Shown: positions 18,959 through 28,288 of the stretch, piece after piece | Layout of the letters: each line of letters begins with the position of its first letter | How positions within the stretch are numbered: the first letter of the stretch is position 1 | Origin: an uncultured Pseudomonadota bacterium | GTDB taxonomy: Bacteria; Pseudomonadota; Alphaproteobacteria; Rs-D84 | Direction of reading: 5' to 3' | Assembly: GCA_902802115.1 (NCBI GenBank) | Contig: CADCKW010000001.1 | Span: 152,700 to 216,699 of the forward strand | DNA: 64,000 bases | The notes under the pieces: generated by a model | Databases searched by the model: none | Seen by the model: the letters and a program-made list of their open reading frames with translations, nothing else | What the model was told of the DNA's origin: nothing | Made by a program: the position numbers and the translations under genes

Positions 18959-19144
18959 ATGGCAATAGGCACAGCAGTTCAACGCGGCAGTTGGGTTTAT
19001 GTATATGATGACAAAGGTCATCAATTAACCAGTATCCCTGGGGAATTACATGGTTTTACCGGTTCAACTGTTTCTGTAAAACGTGGCAACTGGGTTTATA
19101 CATTTGACGAGCATGGCCACCAAACCGGCACATTTCCATGTTAA
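18959..19144 (+). CDS. 61-aa protein built from two internal repeats
   Basis: QRGSWVYVYDDKGHQ / KRGNWVYTFDEHGHQ. RBS 'aaggacg' upstream. Confidence 0.8.
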   Translation: MAIGTAVQRGSWVYVYDDKGHQLTSIPGELHGFTGSTVSVKRGNWVYTFDEHGHQTGTFPC

Positions 19145-19150
19145 AAAATT

Positions 19151-19813
19151 CTAGTCTTTTTCTATCACAAACAATGCCATATCTATTTTTTTCATAATTG
19201 GATACATAACATCAGGATAATTTGTTAACGGCAATTTTTTAGAAAATATTTCTCGATTTTTATAATAAAAATCAAACAAGGCGTTCAAACTTTTCTTATT
19301 CACAGTTTTTGGTATATTTAACTGCCGTAATTGTTTTTTTACAAAGTCATCATAAGCCGGGACACAACCATAAACCCCCAACAAAATTTTTGTTGCCAAC
19401 GTATCAGAACATAGCCGACCATTCGATATTTTTTCCAATATATTTTTAACCACAGATACAGCCTGCAACAATGTTGTGATAAAAACATCACGATTCTTAG
19501 ACGAAATATCATCATTATTCCAACACCACAAAACATCATATTTTTCATCAAGTAATTCATCTAATAAATCTGCATATATTTTAAAATCTTTTTGTAATAA
19601 AACCGTACTACCCCGAAACATACCCCAACTAGCCAAATAAAATCCCAGATGCAACAGAGCTAAATCCGGCAAATTCCCACGCGCAGCCCGCAAAGATTCT
19701 TTGTTATTATGAAAATAAACATAACACCATTCCCAAGATTTATATCTATGATTCGGTTGTTCTGCTTTATGATAAAAATTATAGATATTGTCCGCAATCT
19801 TTTGGTTTTGCAT
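19151..19813 (-). CDS. Uncharacterised protein with YLASWGMxRG motif
   Basis: 220-aa ORF: HRYKSW, LGFYLASWGMFRGS, DTLATKILLG..GCVPAYD, YPIMKKID. Confidence 0.8.
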   Translation of the reverse strand: MQNQKIADNIYNFYHKAEQPNHRYKSWEWCYVYFHNNKESLRAARGNLPDLALLHLGFYLASWGMFRGSTVLLQKDFKIYADLLDELLDEKYDVLWCWNNDDISSKNRDVFITTLLQAVSVVKNILEKISNGRLCSDTLATKILLGVYGCVPAYDDFVKKQLRQLNIPKTVNKKSLNALFDFYYKNREIFSKKLPLTNYPDVMYPIMKKIDMALFVIEKD

Positions 19814-20031
19814 AAACGTCCCCTTTGTTTCATACCATAACTAAAAAACTTTATCTCAAAATAATCAATAACTAAAATTCTGTATAACAATTCACCTATT
19901 TTATCGCCGTGGCCGAATACCATAAACCATACCACAGCAAAAAATAAAAAAATGGTTATGATTTCACCGATGGGTGAAATTGAATAAAAGTTGAATTTAT
20001 GGTATAATTTGTTTCGCGAGAGGATTTTTGT

Positions 20032-20562
20032 ATGAATATCGGCAAAAAAATCATAATTATGGGCGGGTCTTGTTCAGGCAAATCAACAATGGCGCAGAAT
20101 TTAGGTGAAAAATTTAATTTGCCTATTGTTTATTTGGACTTATATGACCCATATGCAGTGCCAGCAGGTAAAGAGCGCGACAAAAGAAAACAAAAAATAA
20201 ATCAAGTTATCCAAGATACTGTTAAAAAAGACAGTTGGATAATTGAAGGAATATACGAATGGTATGCATTTAAAGAACGGTTAAATAGTGCAAATACCCT
20301 GATTTTACTATTATCACCGGCATATAAAAGACTTTGGTGCTATATAAAAACTTGCATTACAAAAACAAAAAGACATGGTCGCCAAGGTTTTTCTGCAAAA
20401 AATTTTCGATGGGACCATGTTTGGTATATGGTGCGAAAAAAAGATGCACCGTATGATTTGATTAACCAAGCGATCCAAAAACATCCTAATTTACAGGTTG
20501 TGAAATTAAAATCGCACAAAGAAGCGAATAAATTTTTAAAATCGGTGCAATTAAAAGGATAA
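20032..20562 (+). CDS. Adenylate kinase-like P-loop protein (FlaR/topology modulation family)
   Basis: KIIIMGGSCSGKSTMA, LPIVYLD, WIIEG.Y. Confidence 0.85.
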   Translation: MNIGKKIIIMGGSCSGKSTMAQNLGEKFNLPIVYLDLYDPYAVPAGKERDKRKQKINQVIQDTVKKDSWIIEGIYEWYAFKERLNSANTLILLLSPAYKRLWCYIKTCITKTKRHGRQGFSAKNFRWDHVWYMVRKKDAPYDLINQAIQKHPNLQVVKLKSHKEANKFLKSVQLKG

Positions 20563-20565
20563 CAA

Positions 20566-21405
20566 ATGAAAACACCAAAAGTTTCTGTCATATTACCGTG
20601 TTATAATGTTGCCAAGTTTATGGAACCTATGTTTACATCCTTGCGTAATCAGACAATGAAGGATATTGAAATAATTTGTGTAGATGATAAATCAACAGAT
20701 GATACGGTTAAAAAGATTCGTGATTTTATGAAATATGATAACCGTATTTGTTTATATAAACTTAGTAAAAACACTGGTGCATCACATGCAAGGAATTACG
20801 GATTAAAAAAATCCAACGGAAAATATGTATGTTTTCTGGATCCTGATGATTATATCGATAATGATTTTATTGAAAAATTATACAAAAGCATAACAAAAAC
20901 CAAATCTGATGTTGCAAAGGCGAGATTTAAGGTCGGTGATAAATACTGGAAAACACACGAATTGGTAAAAGAAAATTATTTATGTTTTAGTTCAGAACAT
21001 TGTTCCGCAATGTATAATAAAAAATTTTTACTGGAAAATAATATATTATATCCCGAAGATGTTATTACAGGCGAAGATGCGGTTTTTCTGTCAAACCTTG
21101 TATTGCATACCAATAAAATTATAACCATAGATAATGCTGATTACCATTATGTTCGGCGCGAAGGTTCGTTGGATGCAAAAAAATTATCGCACAAAATGGT
21201 GTTGGCCAGAATTAAGATGTTAGATTACAAGTTGCAAATGTTAAGAGAGCACGAATTTGATACCTATACTGATAAAATTATTTTTATACAACGACATATT
21301 TTGAATCATTTTTGTTATACCGTTGACCCAAAACGCATATCAGCGGCGGATAAAAAATTACTGATTAAATGGTTTATAAACAATCGAAAAAGTTTTATAG
21401 CATAA
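20566..21405 (+). CDS. Glycosyltransferase family 2
   Basis: VSVILPCYN, IICVDDKSTD, ARNYG, FLDPDDY, GEDAVF, YHYVRREGS. Confidence 0.93.
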   Translation: MKTPKVSVILPCYNVAKFMEPMFTSLRNQTMKDIEIICVDDKSTDDTVKKIRDFMKYDNRICLYKLSKNTGASHARNYGLKKSNGKYVCFLDPDDYIDNDFIEKLYKSITKTKSDVAKARFKVGDKYWKTHELVKENYLCFSSEHCSAMYNKKFLLENNILYPEDVITGEDAVFLSNLVLHTNKIITIDNADYHYVRREGSLDAKKLSHKMVLARIKMLDYKLQMLREHEFDTYTDKIIFIQRHILNHFCYTVDPKRISAADKKLLIKWFINNRKSFIA

Positions 21406-21578
21406 TCTGTCTGGGTGGATTTCCTCGGGCTTTCGCCCTGCGGGAAAACCTTAACGATTGTGGTGCGTTACACTTCCACAATCTACTTGTTTTAGAACCA
21501 ACCAACTGACGTTGGCGTGGTGCCAAATCCAAATACCCACGACCACAAAATAAAAAATGACCCGCTTGGGTCATTTTC

Positions 21579-21598
21579 TATTTTGGTGGGAGTGGGTG
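21579..21598 (-). repeat. Direct repeat of the tRNA-Tyr 3' end (second copy of 21814-21833), with its own terminator hairpin at 21551-21578
   Basis: tattttggtgggagtgggtg is identical at both sites, 235 bp apart. Confidence 0.9.
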
Positions 21599-21818
21599 CT
21601 TCCTTGATAAACAATAACAAAAATCTATAAAAATAATATCTATCGTGGGTGGATTGGCTCGGCTATCGCCTGCGCCGCATTCGTTATCACTCAAACTTCA
21701 CTTCGTTCGTTTTCGCTTACTCATTGTCGAACCGGGCAACATTCGTTGCCTATGTTTCAATCCATGAACCACAACCACAAAATAAAAATACCCACACATT
21801 CTGTGGGTATTTTTATTT

Positions 21819-21905
21819 TGGTGGGAGTGGGTGGATTCGAACCACCTCAGTCGTAAGACAACAGATTTACAGTCTGCCCCGGCTCTCCAACTCCGGCGCA
21901 CGCCC
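21819..21905 (-). tRNA. tRNA-Tyr(GTA)
   Basis: Anticodon arm GCAGA-CTGTAAA-TCTG, long variable arm, GGTGG-TTCGAAT-CCACC, encoded CCA. C4:U69 mismatch and C8. Confidence 0.95.
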
Positions 21906-22019
21906 AAAACTTTTGCCCATTTTCGCCCTGGCGAAATATGGCTTGCCTTGTCCGCCTCCGCCAAGGCTACGGCGGGACACTCAATTTTCAAACCTCGCTA
22001 CCGCTTCGGTGAAAATTGG

Positions 22020-22094
22020 TGGTGCGGGCAGCGGGAATCGAACCCGCATTTCAAGCTTGGAAGGCTTGCATACTAGCCTTTGTACTATGCCCGC
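22020..22094 (-). tRNA. tRNA-Gly(TCC)
   Basis: GCGGGCA.../TGCCCGC-A-CCA, CAAGC-CTTCCAA-GCTTG, GCGGG-TTCGATT-CCCGC. Confidence 0.96.
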
Positions 22095-22145
22095 GAAATT
22101 CCAAAGCCCGTTCATTATACCCAAAAAATTCATATATGCAAGTTT

Positions 22146-22757
22146 TTATTTTTTTATCGGCGGGAAACATGTCACACCGTCCGCCTCACAACAATTCCAA
22201 CCCAAATCCCCCAGGTCAGTATATGTTTCGCCCGCACAACAACCATCGGCATCAGGATTTGTTCCATCATCACATAACGAAAAATCTTTTTTAACCTCCA
22301 TTGGCGGAAAACAATGTTCGTTATTTTCTGTGCAACAATTAAAACCTTGTTCGCCCAAATCTGTATATGTTTCCCCTGGACAACAACCATTTGAATCCGG
22401 TGTATCACAAGACGACACTACATCTGCTGATTTTTCTTGTGTTGCATTATCAATGCTTTCAACATCTGGGGCAACTTCTACAACTTGAACCTTTACTCGA
22501 CCTGTGGAACGACCAGACGCGCGTTTGGTGCATTTTGCGCGATAATCAGTTTTTAATTTTTCCAAACGCAAAATACCATCTTCATCAATATCTTGGACAC
22601 TATTCAAAGAATCCATTTCCGCCTTGATATCTGCACAACTCATGCGCTGACCAACACCGCGTGTCTCTTGGATTTCTTCATCATCTGCATAGGCGACCGC
22701 AATTGACACTGCTGGCACCAAAGCACAAATTGATAAAAACAATATAATTTTTCTCAT
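22146..22757 (-). CDS. Secreted protein with two tandem Cys-rich modules
   Basis: Signal peptide. GCCPGETYTDLGEQGFNCC..CFPP / GCCAGETYTDLGDLGWNCC..CFPP. Confidence 0.85.
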   Translation of the reverse strand: MRKIILFLSICALVPAVSIAVAYADDEEIQETRGVGQRMSCADIKAEMDSLNSVQDIDEDGILRLEKLKTDYRAKCTKRASGRSTGRVKVQVVEVAPDVESIDNATQEKSADVVSSCDTPDSNGCCPGETYTDLGEQGFNCCTENNEHCFPPMEVKKDFSLCDDGTNPDADGCCAGETYTDLGDLGWNCCEADGVTCFPPIKK

Positions 22758-22765
22758 AAAAAATC

Positions 22766-23503
22766 CTATTCGTTAATTATTTTCTCAACCTGCATAATAA
22801 AATCAATTGCCGGGTTTGTTATCTTTTTTGCCTTGTCAAAAATTTCTTCGGCGGCATTTTGCATTTTTAATCTTTTGTATGTTTCAACAACTTCCAAAGT
22901 TTCTTCTTGGTTTAATTTATCATCACTGATACCGCGTGCGATTTCCAGTTCTTTTTTTGCCAAATCAACATATTTTTGTGCATTTTCTGGACAGCCACGT
23001 TCAGCCATTATTGCATAGATTTTTGCGCGGTCAATGCGTTGTTCTGCGTCCATACCAACATAATTTTCACCCAATTTTCTTTCTAAATTCTGTTCTATTT
23101 GCGAACAAGGTTTTTCAATTACATTTTCAACACACATAACCGTCATAACCGCATTTACATTTTGTAAATTTTGCATGAATTTATCATGATTTTCTGGACA
23201 ACCATATGCAACCAACTTTTTATAAATTTCGAAATCGTTTCTAACACCATCACAATTTTGGTCATCGCCCCAAATTCTTTTCAATAACACCTTTTCAATA
23301 GCCTGACATGATGTCAAACTTTCTTCTATAACAGTTTGATTTGATTGCTCTATTTTTTTTGTTGCAATTTTATGATTCCAATTTGCAATACCCACGCCAA
23401 CAAACATACCACATATAAACAACACAACAAAAACAGACCAAACTTTTATTCTGGAAAAACTTGTTTTTTTATTTTGCATAAACTCTCTCCTTGATATCCA
23501 CAT
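22766..23503 (-). CDS. Membrane-anchored hypothetical protein (probable start 23479)
   Basis: N-terminal TM segment and internal repeat containing GCPEN twice. Confidence 0.8.
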   Translation of the reverse strand: MWISRREFMQNKKTSFSRIKVWSVFVVLFICGMFVGVGIANWNHKIATKKIEQSNQTVIEESLTSCQAIEKVLLKRIWGDDQNCDGVRNDFEIYKKLVAYGCPENHDKFMQNLQNVNAVMTVMCVENVIEKPCSQIEQNLERKLGENYVGMDAEQRIDRAKIYAIMAERGCPENAQKYVDLAKKELEIARGISDDKLNQEETLEVVETYKRLKMQNAAEEIFDKAKKITNPAIDFIMQVEKIINE

Positions 23504-24219
23504 TATAACTTATTTACGACCCCATTTACAATGGTAATTTTTCTGTCTGCACGTGCAGCCAAATTCATATCGTGCGTCACAAACAACATAGCCATTTTAT
23601 TTTTGCGCACAACATTTAACAGCAAATCAAACACCCCAGACGCATGAACCGGGTCCAAACTGCCGGTTGGTTCATCTGCCAAAATAATTTCAGGATTATT
23701 TGCCAATGCACGTGCCACAGCGGTTCTTTGTTGTTCGCCCCCCGACATTTCGCCAGGCAAATGCAAAGCCCTGTGTTCGACATCAACGGCACGCAACAGT
23801 TTTAGCGCACGCGCCTCGGCCTCTTCTTCGGCTATACCGTTTGCCAACATTGGCATCATCACATTTTCAACCGCCGTAAAATCAGCCAACAAATTATGAC
23901 GTTGATACACAAATCCAATTTTATTACGTCGAATATTTGTGCGTTCTGCCTCTGTCATTTGATGTACTGGCTGTGAATCAATTAAAATACTGCCCGCCGT
24001 CGGTTTATCCAACAAACCGACACATTGCAACAATGTCGATTTTCCAGACCCCGATGGTCCAACCATTGCCACAATTTCACCACGTGCTAAATCAAATCCA
24101 CCACCGGTCAAAACATGCAACGGCTGTCCGCCTTCCATAAAAATTTTTTTAATATCACGCACAGACATAACAATATCTGGTCGTTTAACGCGCGACAAAG
24201 AATTTAAAATCCCCGCCAT
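23503..24219 (-). CDS. lolD: Lipoprotein-releasing ABC transporter ATPase
   Basis: GPSGSGKST, IGFVYQRHNLL, MSGGEQQR, ILADEPTG, VTHD. Clustered with lolE. Confidence 0.93.
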   Translation of the reverse strand: MAGILNSLSRVKRPDIVMSVRDIKKIFMEGGQPLHVLTGGGFDLARGEIVAMVGPSGSGKSTLLQCVGLLDKPTAGSILIDSQPVHQMTEAERTNIRRNKIGFVYQRHNLLADFTAVENVMMPMLANGIAEEEAEARALKLLRAVDVEHRALHLPGEMSGGEQQRTAVARALANNPEIILADEPTGSLDPVHASGVFDLLLNVVRKNKMAMLFVTHDMNLAARADRKITIVNGVVNKL

Positions 24220-24220
24220 A

Positions 24221-24862
24221 TTATAATTCCCTTAATCTTGAAATTAAACTTTTTACAGTTTCCGGTGCCAAAATATATGTATTATAAACTTTACGTTTTC
24301 TTAATTTTTTATACAATCTGCGTTCTTGGTCACGATTACGCGGTCTGTCCATTTCGCAAAAATATTTAATATCATTTGGCGCAAAACCAAACACCGCGCC
24401 GTCCATTATGGCACTAATATCGCCATCTTTTTTTGCATGCGGTAATTCAGGATTTAATTTTAACAGCAAATTATAATCTCGCATAACTTCATTTTTATAT
24501 TTTGCGACATCTGGTTTTTTTGATTCAATATCATCAATAATTTGTTGTTTAAAAACCGCCACCTGTTTTTCATCTTTGATAACAAACTTTACGACCAAAT
24601 CAAACCAATTATCAATAAACTCACGTCTTAAAAACTCATCACCACACATATTGATATAAAACCAATTCAGTGCGTTTTTTACCATATAAGATACAGGTGA
24701 CATATCATCAGGTAATTTATACCTGTGATAAACTTTGAAATCATTAACGCCTTTTTTACTTAAATCATTTTGTAAATCTTCGGCACTGGATTGCCAACCC
24801 TCGTGACCGTAATTCATACGCGTCACCAGATTTATTAAATTCATTTGATAATCTTTATTCAT
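24221..24862 (-). CDS. Hypothetical protein inserted between lolE and lolD
   Basis: 213-aa ORF overlapping the lolE stop and abutting lolD. Confidence 0.75.
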   Translation of the reverse strand: MNKDYQMNLINLVTRMNYGHEGWQSSAEDLQNDLSKKGVNDFKVYHRYKLPDDMSPVSYMVKNALNWFYINMCGDEFLRREFIDNWFDLVVKFVIKDEKQVAVFKQQIIDDIESKKPDVAKYKNEVMRDYNLLLKLNPELPHAKKDGDISAIMDGAVFGFAPNDIKYFCEMDRPRNRDQERRLYKKLRKRKVYNTYILAPETVKSLISRLREL

Positions 24863-26111
24863 TTCTTAACACCTCCACAGGGTCAGTATTTGCCGCCTTC
24901 CATGCTGGATATAATGTTGCCAAAAAAGCCAACAATATTGCAATAAACGCAATTCCAAACACAGTCCAAAATTCTACACGCGATGGTAATTCAGATAAAT
25001 AATACAATTCCGCAGGAAACAAATCGCGCCCTGTGGCCCATTGTAAAAATCTGCGTATCGGTTCAATATAAATCGCAATCAGTGTTCCCAACAATGTTCC
25101 AGCCGCAGAGCCAATCAAACCAATTGTTGTTCCCGACAAAACAAATATACGCATCATAGATTTGCGCGACACACCAAAAGTCCGCAAAACCGCAATATCT
25201 TTGGCTTTATCTTGGACCAACATAACCAATGAAGACACAATATTAAACACCGCAACAATAATAATCAGCATCAAAATTAAAAACATCACATTGGATTCGA
25301 CTTGTAATGCACCAACAAAACCACGATTTAAATCACGCCAATCGCGCACAATAAAACCATCAGGCAATAACCGCACCAAAGCATCACGCACAGCGGTTGT
25401 TTTTTCTGCATCTTTTAAAAATATATCAATATGCGTGACCGATTTTCCAATATTTAAATATTTCTGGGCGGTTGCAATCGGCATAAATATATACCCAGAA
25501 TCATATTCATACATTCCCATAAAGAAAGAATTTTTCACAGGATACGAAACAATTCGTGGCATTGAACCAAACGGCGTTGGTGTTGAATTATTCGCCGAAA
25601 CCAAAGACACATCATCACCCAACGCAACACCTAAATTACGCGACAATGTTGCACCCATAACCAATTCACCATCTTTGATAGCCGCCAAATCTTTGCCATA
25701 AAAACGCGTTCCACCGGTTGTTTTAGAAATCAAATCCGGCATATTTATTCCGCGAATCATCGCCCCAGAATTACGACCGTCATGCGTCACCATAACCTGA
25801 CCTTCGATAATTGGAACCACAGACACTGCGTTTGCATCAACAATTTTGTTTTGTTTAATTTTATCTATTAAATAATCATAATCCGCAATTGGACCGTCTT
25901 GATGTTGAACAACAATATGTCCATTCATACCAATAATGCGTCCCAACAAAACATCGTGAAAACCGCCCATGACCGACATAACAACAATCAATGTTGCCAC
26001 ACCCAACATAATACCAATCAGTGACACCCAAGACACCACAGAACCAAAACCGCGCTTTTTTGCACGCAAATAACGAAAGGCAACTTTTTTTTCTAACTTT
26101 GAAAACAACAT
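24855..26111 (-). CDS. lolE: Lipoprotein-releasing ABC transporter permease LolC/E
   Basis: AFRYLRAKK, SLIGIMLGVATLIVVMSVMGGF, YEYDSG, IAVLRTFG, YPAWKAA..DPVEVLRNE. Confidence 0.95.
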   Translation of the reverse strand: MLFSKLEKKVAFRYLRAKKRGFGSVVSWVSLIGIMLGVATLIVVMSVMGGFHDVLLGRIIGMNGHIVVQHQDGPIADYDYLIDKIKQNKIVDANAVSVVPIIEGQVMVTHDGRNSGAMIRGINMPDLISKTTGGTRFYGKDLAAIKDGELVMGATLSRNLGVALGDDVSLVSANNSTPTPFGSMPRIVSYPVKNSFFMGMYEYDSGYIFMPIATAQKYLNIGKSVTHIDIFLKDAEKTTAVRDALVRLLPDGFIVRDWRDLNRGFVGALQVESNVMFLILMLIIIVAVFNIVSSLVMLVQDKAKDIAVLRTFGVSRKSMMRIFVLSGTTIGLIGSAAGTLLGTLIAIYIEPIRRFLQWATGRDLFPAELYYLSELPSRVEFWTVFGIAFIAILLAFLATLYPAWKAANTDPVEVLRNE

Positions 26112-26122
26112 ACAAAATTCCT

Positions 26123-27436
26123 TTAATTATTTAATAAATCACGCACATCGTCACCAACCAACAAAGCCTCGCCTGATTTTGGTTTAACATCATCAACAAT
26201 AGACACCAAACGCGGCGACATAAACACAACCAATTCTGCAAACGGACTAATCAATGTTTCTGGGGTTGTCACAAAAGAATGTGTAGGAATACCAACAATA
26301 ACATAATTATCACCAACACTGGACGGGATATTAAACGAAGTTAATTCACCATATTTTGTTGTTAAGACTATTTTGGCATCTATCTTTTGATAACCGCCAT
26401 AATCACCATAACGACCCGTTGCCCCAATAACTAAATCTGTTTCCAATCTATCTTCTTTACTGCATTGACCGATATCAAATCGTGATTGCCAACCATTTGG
26501 AATCGAAAAAGTCCCTTGTGAAATCAATACAACATTTGATTGTTGTGCCAAAAATTCTTGCAAAGTTTTTGTATTTATTTCCGGTCCCACAACCAACGCA
26601 CGACCAACAACACCCGGTATAGACATTTTAATATTATTTTTTCCAAACGCAGGCAACAAATTCATCCATATAATTGGATTATCTGTTTTTGGATAAACAC
26701 GATACACGTCCATATCCCATGCAATCATATATTTTTTAGACGCAATATCCGCAATAATTCTGGATACTTCGCGTTCTGTTTGCGCATCGCCTTCGAACAC
26801 GACGGTTTTATCTTGCCAATTTACCAACAAATTACGCACATCTGCGCCATGCATCGCGTCCAACAAAGCCATAATTATAGATTCATCTTTTGGCATTTTA
26901 ATCATCCATTTCGCGCGGTGTTGCAAATGAATCTCGGCTGTCACTGCATCATACGAATAATATGCGCGTCCCATTTTTGCAATCAAATCAACCGTATCCG
27001 CCAAAGTTCCGGATTGAACCTCGCCTGAAATTTTTTCAACCAATTGTTCATCTGCAACAACGGACACATCTGTTCCGTCCAATAATTTATTTAATGCAGA
27101 TGCCACTGTCACATCTTTAAATTTATATTCACTGACCGTCAATTCAGGCAACGCATCACCCAATCCCAATCGCACAATTTCAATTTTTTCCGCCGGCACA
27201 ACCGACACAACCGATTGATTATTCCAATCAACTGTGCAACGCATAGGCAATTCCACAGAAAACCTTTGCGCCGTATCTGTCGTCAAAGCGGCTTTTTTTG
27301 GAAATATTGGCACAGACTTTTCATCTATGACCATATTTTCAACAACCTGGACTGTTTCATATTGTGGAACATTTTTTGCGTTTTGACACCCTGCACACAC
27401 AAAGACCGTCAAAGCATACAATAAAAAACGTTTCAT
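26123..27436 (-). CDS. Lipoprotein, putative PilN/BfpB-type secretin
   Basis: FVCAGC lipobox, STN/N-domain-like segment (DVTVASALNKLL...SGTLADTVDLIA), C-terminal ELVVFMSPRLV resembling the secretin ELVIxITPRI. Confidence 0.55.
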   Translation of the reverse strand: MKRFLLYALTVFVCAGCQNAKNVPQYETVQVVENMVIDEKSVPIFPKKAALTTDTAQRFSVELPMRCTVDWNNQSVVSVVPAEKIEIVRLGLGDALPELTVSEYKFKDVTVASALNKLLDGTDVSVVADEQLVEKISGEVQSGTLADTVDLIAKMGRAYYSYDAVTAEIHLQHRAKWMIKMPKDESIIMALLDAMHGADVRNLLVNWQDKTVVFEGDAQTEREVSRIIADIASKKYMIAWDMDVYRVYPKTDNPIIWMNLLPAFGKNNIKMSIPGVVGRALVVGPEINTKTLQEFLAQQSNVVLISQGTFSIPNGWQSRFDIGQCSKEDRLETDLVIGATGRYGDYGGYQKIDAKIVLTTKYGELTSFNIPSSVGDNYVIVGIPTHSFVTTPETLISPFAELVVFMSPRLVSIVDDVKPKSGEALLVGDDVRDLLNN

Positions 27437-27467
27437 ATTATTTTCTCCATTTTTTGTTTATAACATA

Positions 27468-27833
27468 TTATATGTTCATAATTTTTTCAAACTCTTCCAA
27501 AGTCATTTCATAAATTGGTTTTTCTGTTGGTGTGACTAAATCTTTCATACCTTCGAATTTTTCTTGAAACACCTTTATCACGCGCGCAACATCATTTGGC
27601 ACAGGCCCCGCCTGTTCTAAACGACGCGCATATTCCAAAATATATTCCAATGTATCTGCGACAAAGAATCGACCGACATAATTTTCCATCGCTATTCCGC
27701 CTTTTTCCACACAAATTGCAGACATAGTCACCAACATTTGGTTATAAAAATTAGCCAATTTGATAAAATTTTGAACAGATATCGCCATAACTTGTTCCCT
27801 TCCTCTTTTTTTCATTATAAAAACTATTGCCAC
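27468..27833 (-). CDS. Hypothetical protein (probable start 27788)
   Basis: ORF fills the gap and does not overlap known genes. Confidence 0.65.
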   Translation of the reverse strand: MAIVFIMKKRGREQVMAISVQNFIKLANFYNQMLVTMSAICVEKGGIAMENYVGRFFVADTLEYILEYARRLEQAGPVPNDVARVIKVFQEKFEGMKDLVTPTEKPIYEMTLEEFEKIMNI

Positions 27834-27862
27834 CCTAACGCAAATGTTTTATAATATAAAAC

Positions 27863-28243
27863 ATGAAAATCAAATACCTGGCATTATTATTGGCTTTAAC
27901 ATCATGTGCATCGGCAAATCGTGGCAATATTGACGATGCAACAATTTTAAATTGGGAAAATGATGCTGTCACAACCGAACAATTTGTTCGCGACCACAAA
28001 TCTTGCCTGGGATTAAAAACGAACAATTATACACCGCGTTCGCGTATTGCGCGCCTGTTATCACCGAACCAAAACGACCAAATGCCTGATTGGGACGGAA
28101 TCTGGGTCACATTTCAATCAAATGAATACAGGGACGTTGGACAACGCGCATTAATGTCTGTTCCACGCAACCAGGCATCAAAAACCGTTGGTGCATACCG
28201 CCGTTGCATGATGCGTCGCGGATACTTGCTGCGTGCAATGTAA
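27863..28243 (+). CDS. Hypothetical lipoprotein
   Basis: LALLLALTSC lipobox; DHKSC...YRRCMMRRGY. Confidence 0.8.
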   Translation: MKIKYLALLLALTSCASANRGNIDDATILNWENDAVTTEQFVRDHKSCLGLKTNNYTPRSRIARLLSPNQNDQMPDWDGIWVTFQSNEYRDVGQRALMSVPRNQASKTVGAYRRCMMRRGYLLRAM

Positions 28244-28288
28244 AAATATTTTTTTACCCCCTTTTTTATTCATAAAAAATATGCTATA

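Noticed and set aside
21406-21833. Possible CRISPR array in the tRNA-linked repeats (also at 40151-40371)
   Set aside because: Only two copies each, the repeats are tRNA 3' ends, spacing is 167-235 bp, and there are no cas genes.
21649-22488. 279-aa + strand ORF, and 56150-56494 minus-strand ORF
   Set aside because: These are antisense read-throughs of tRNA genes and repeats with no protein-like features.
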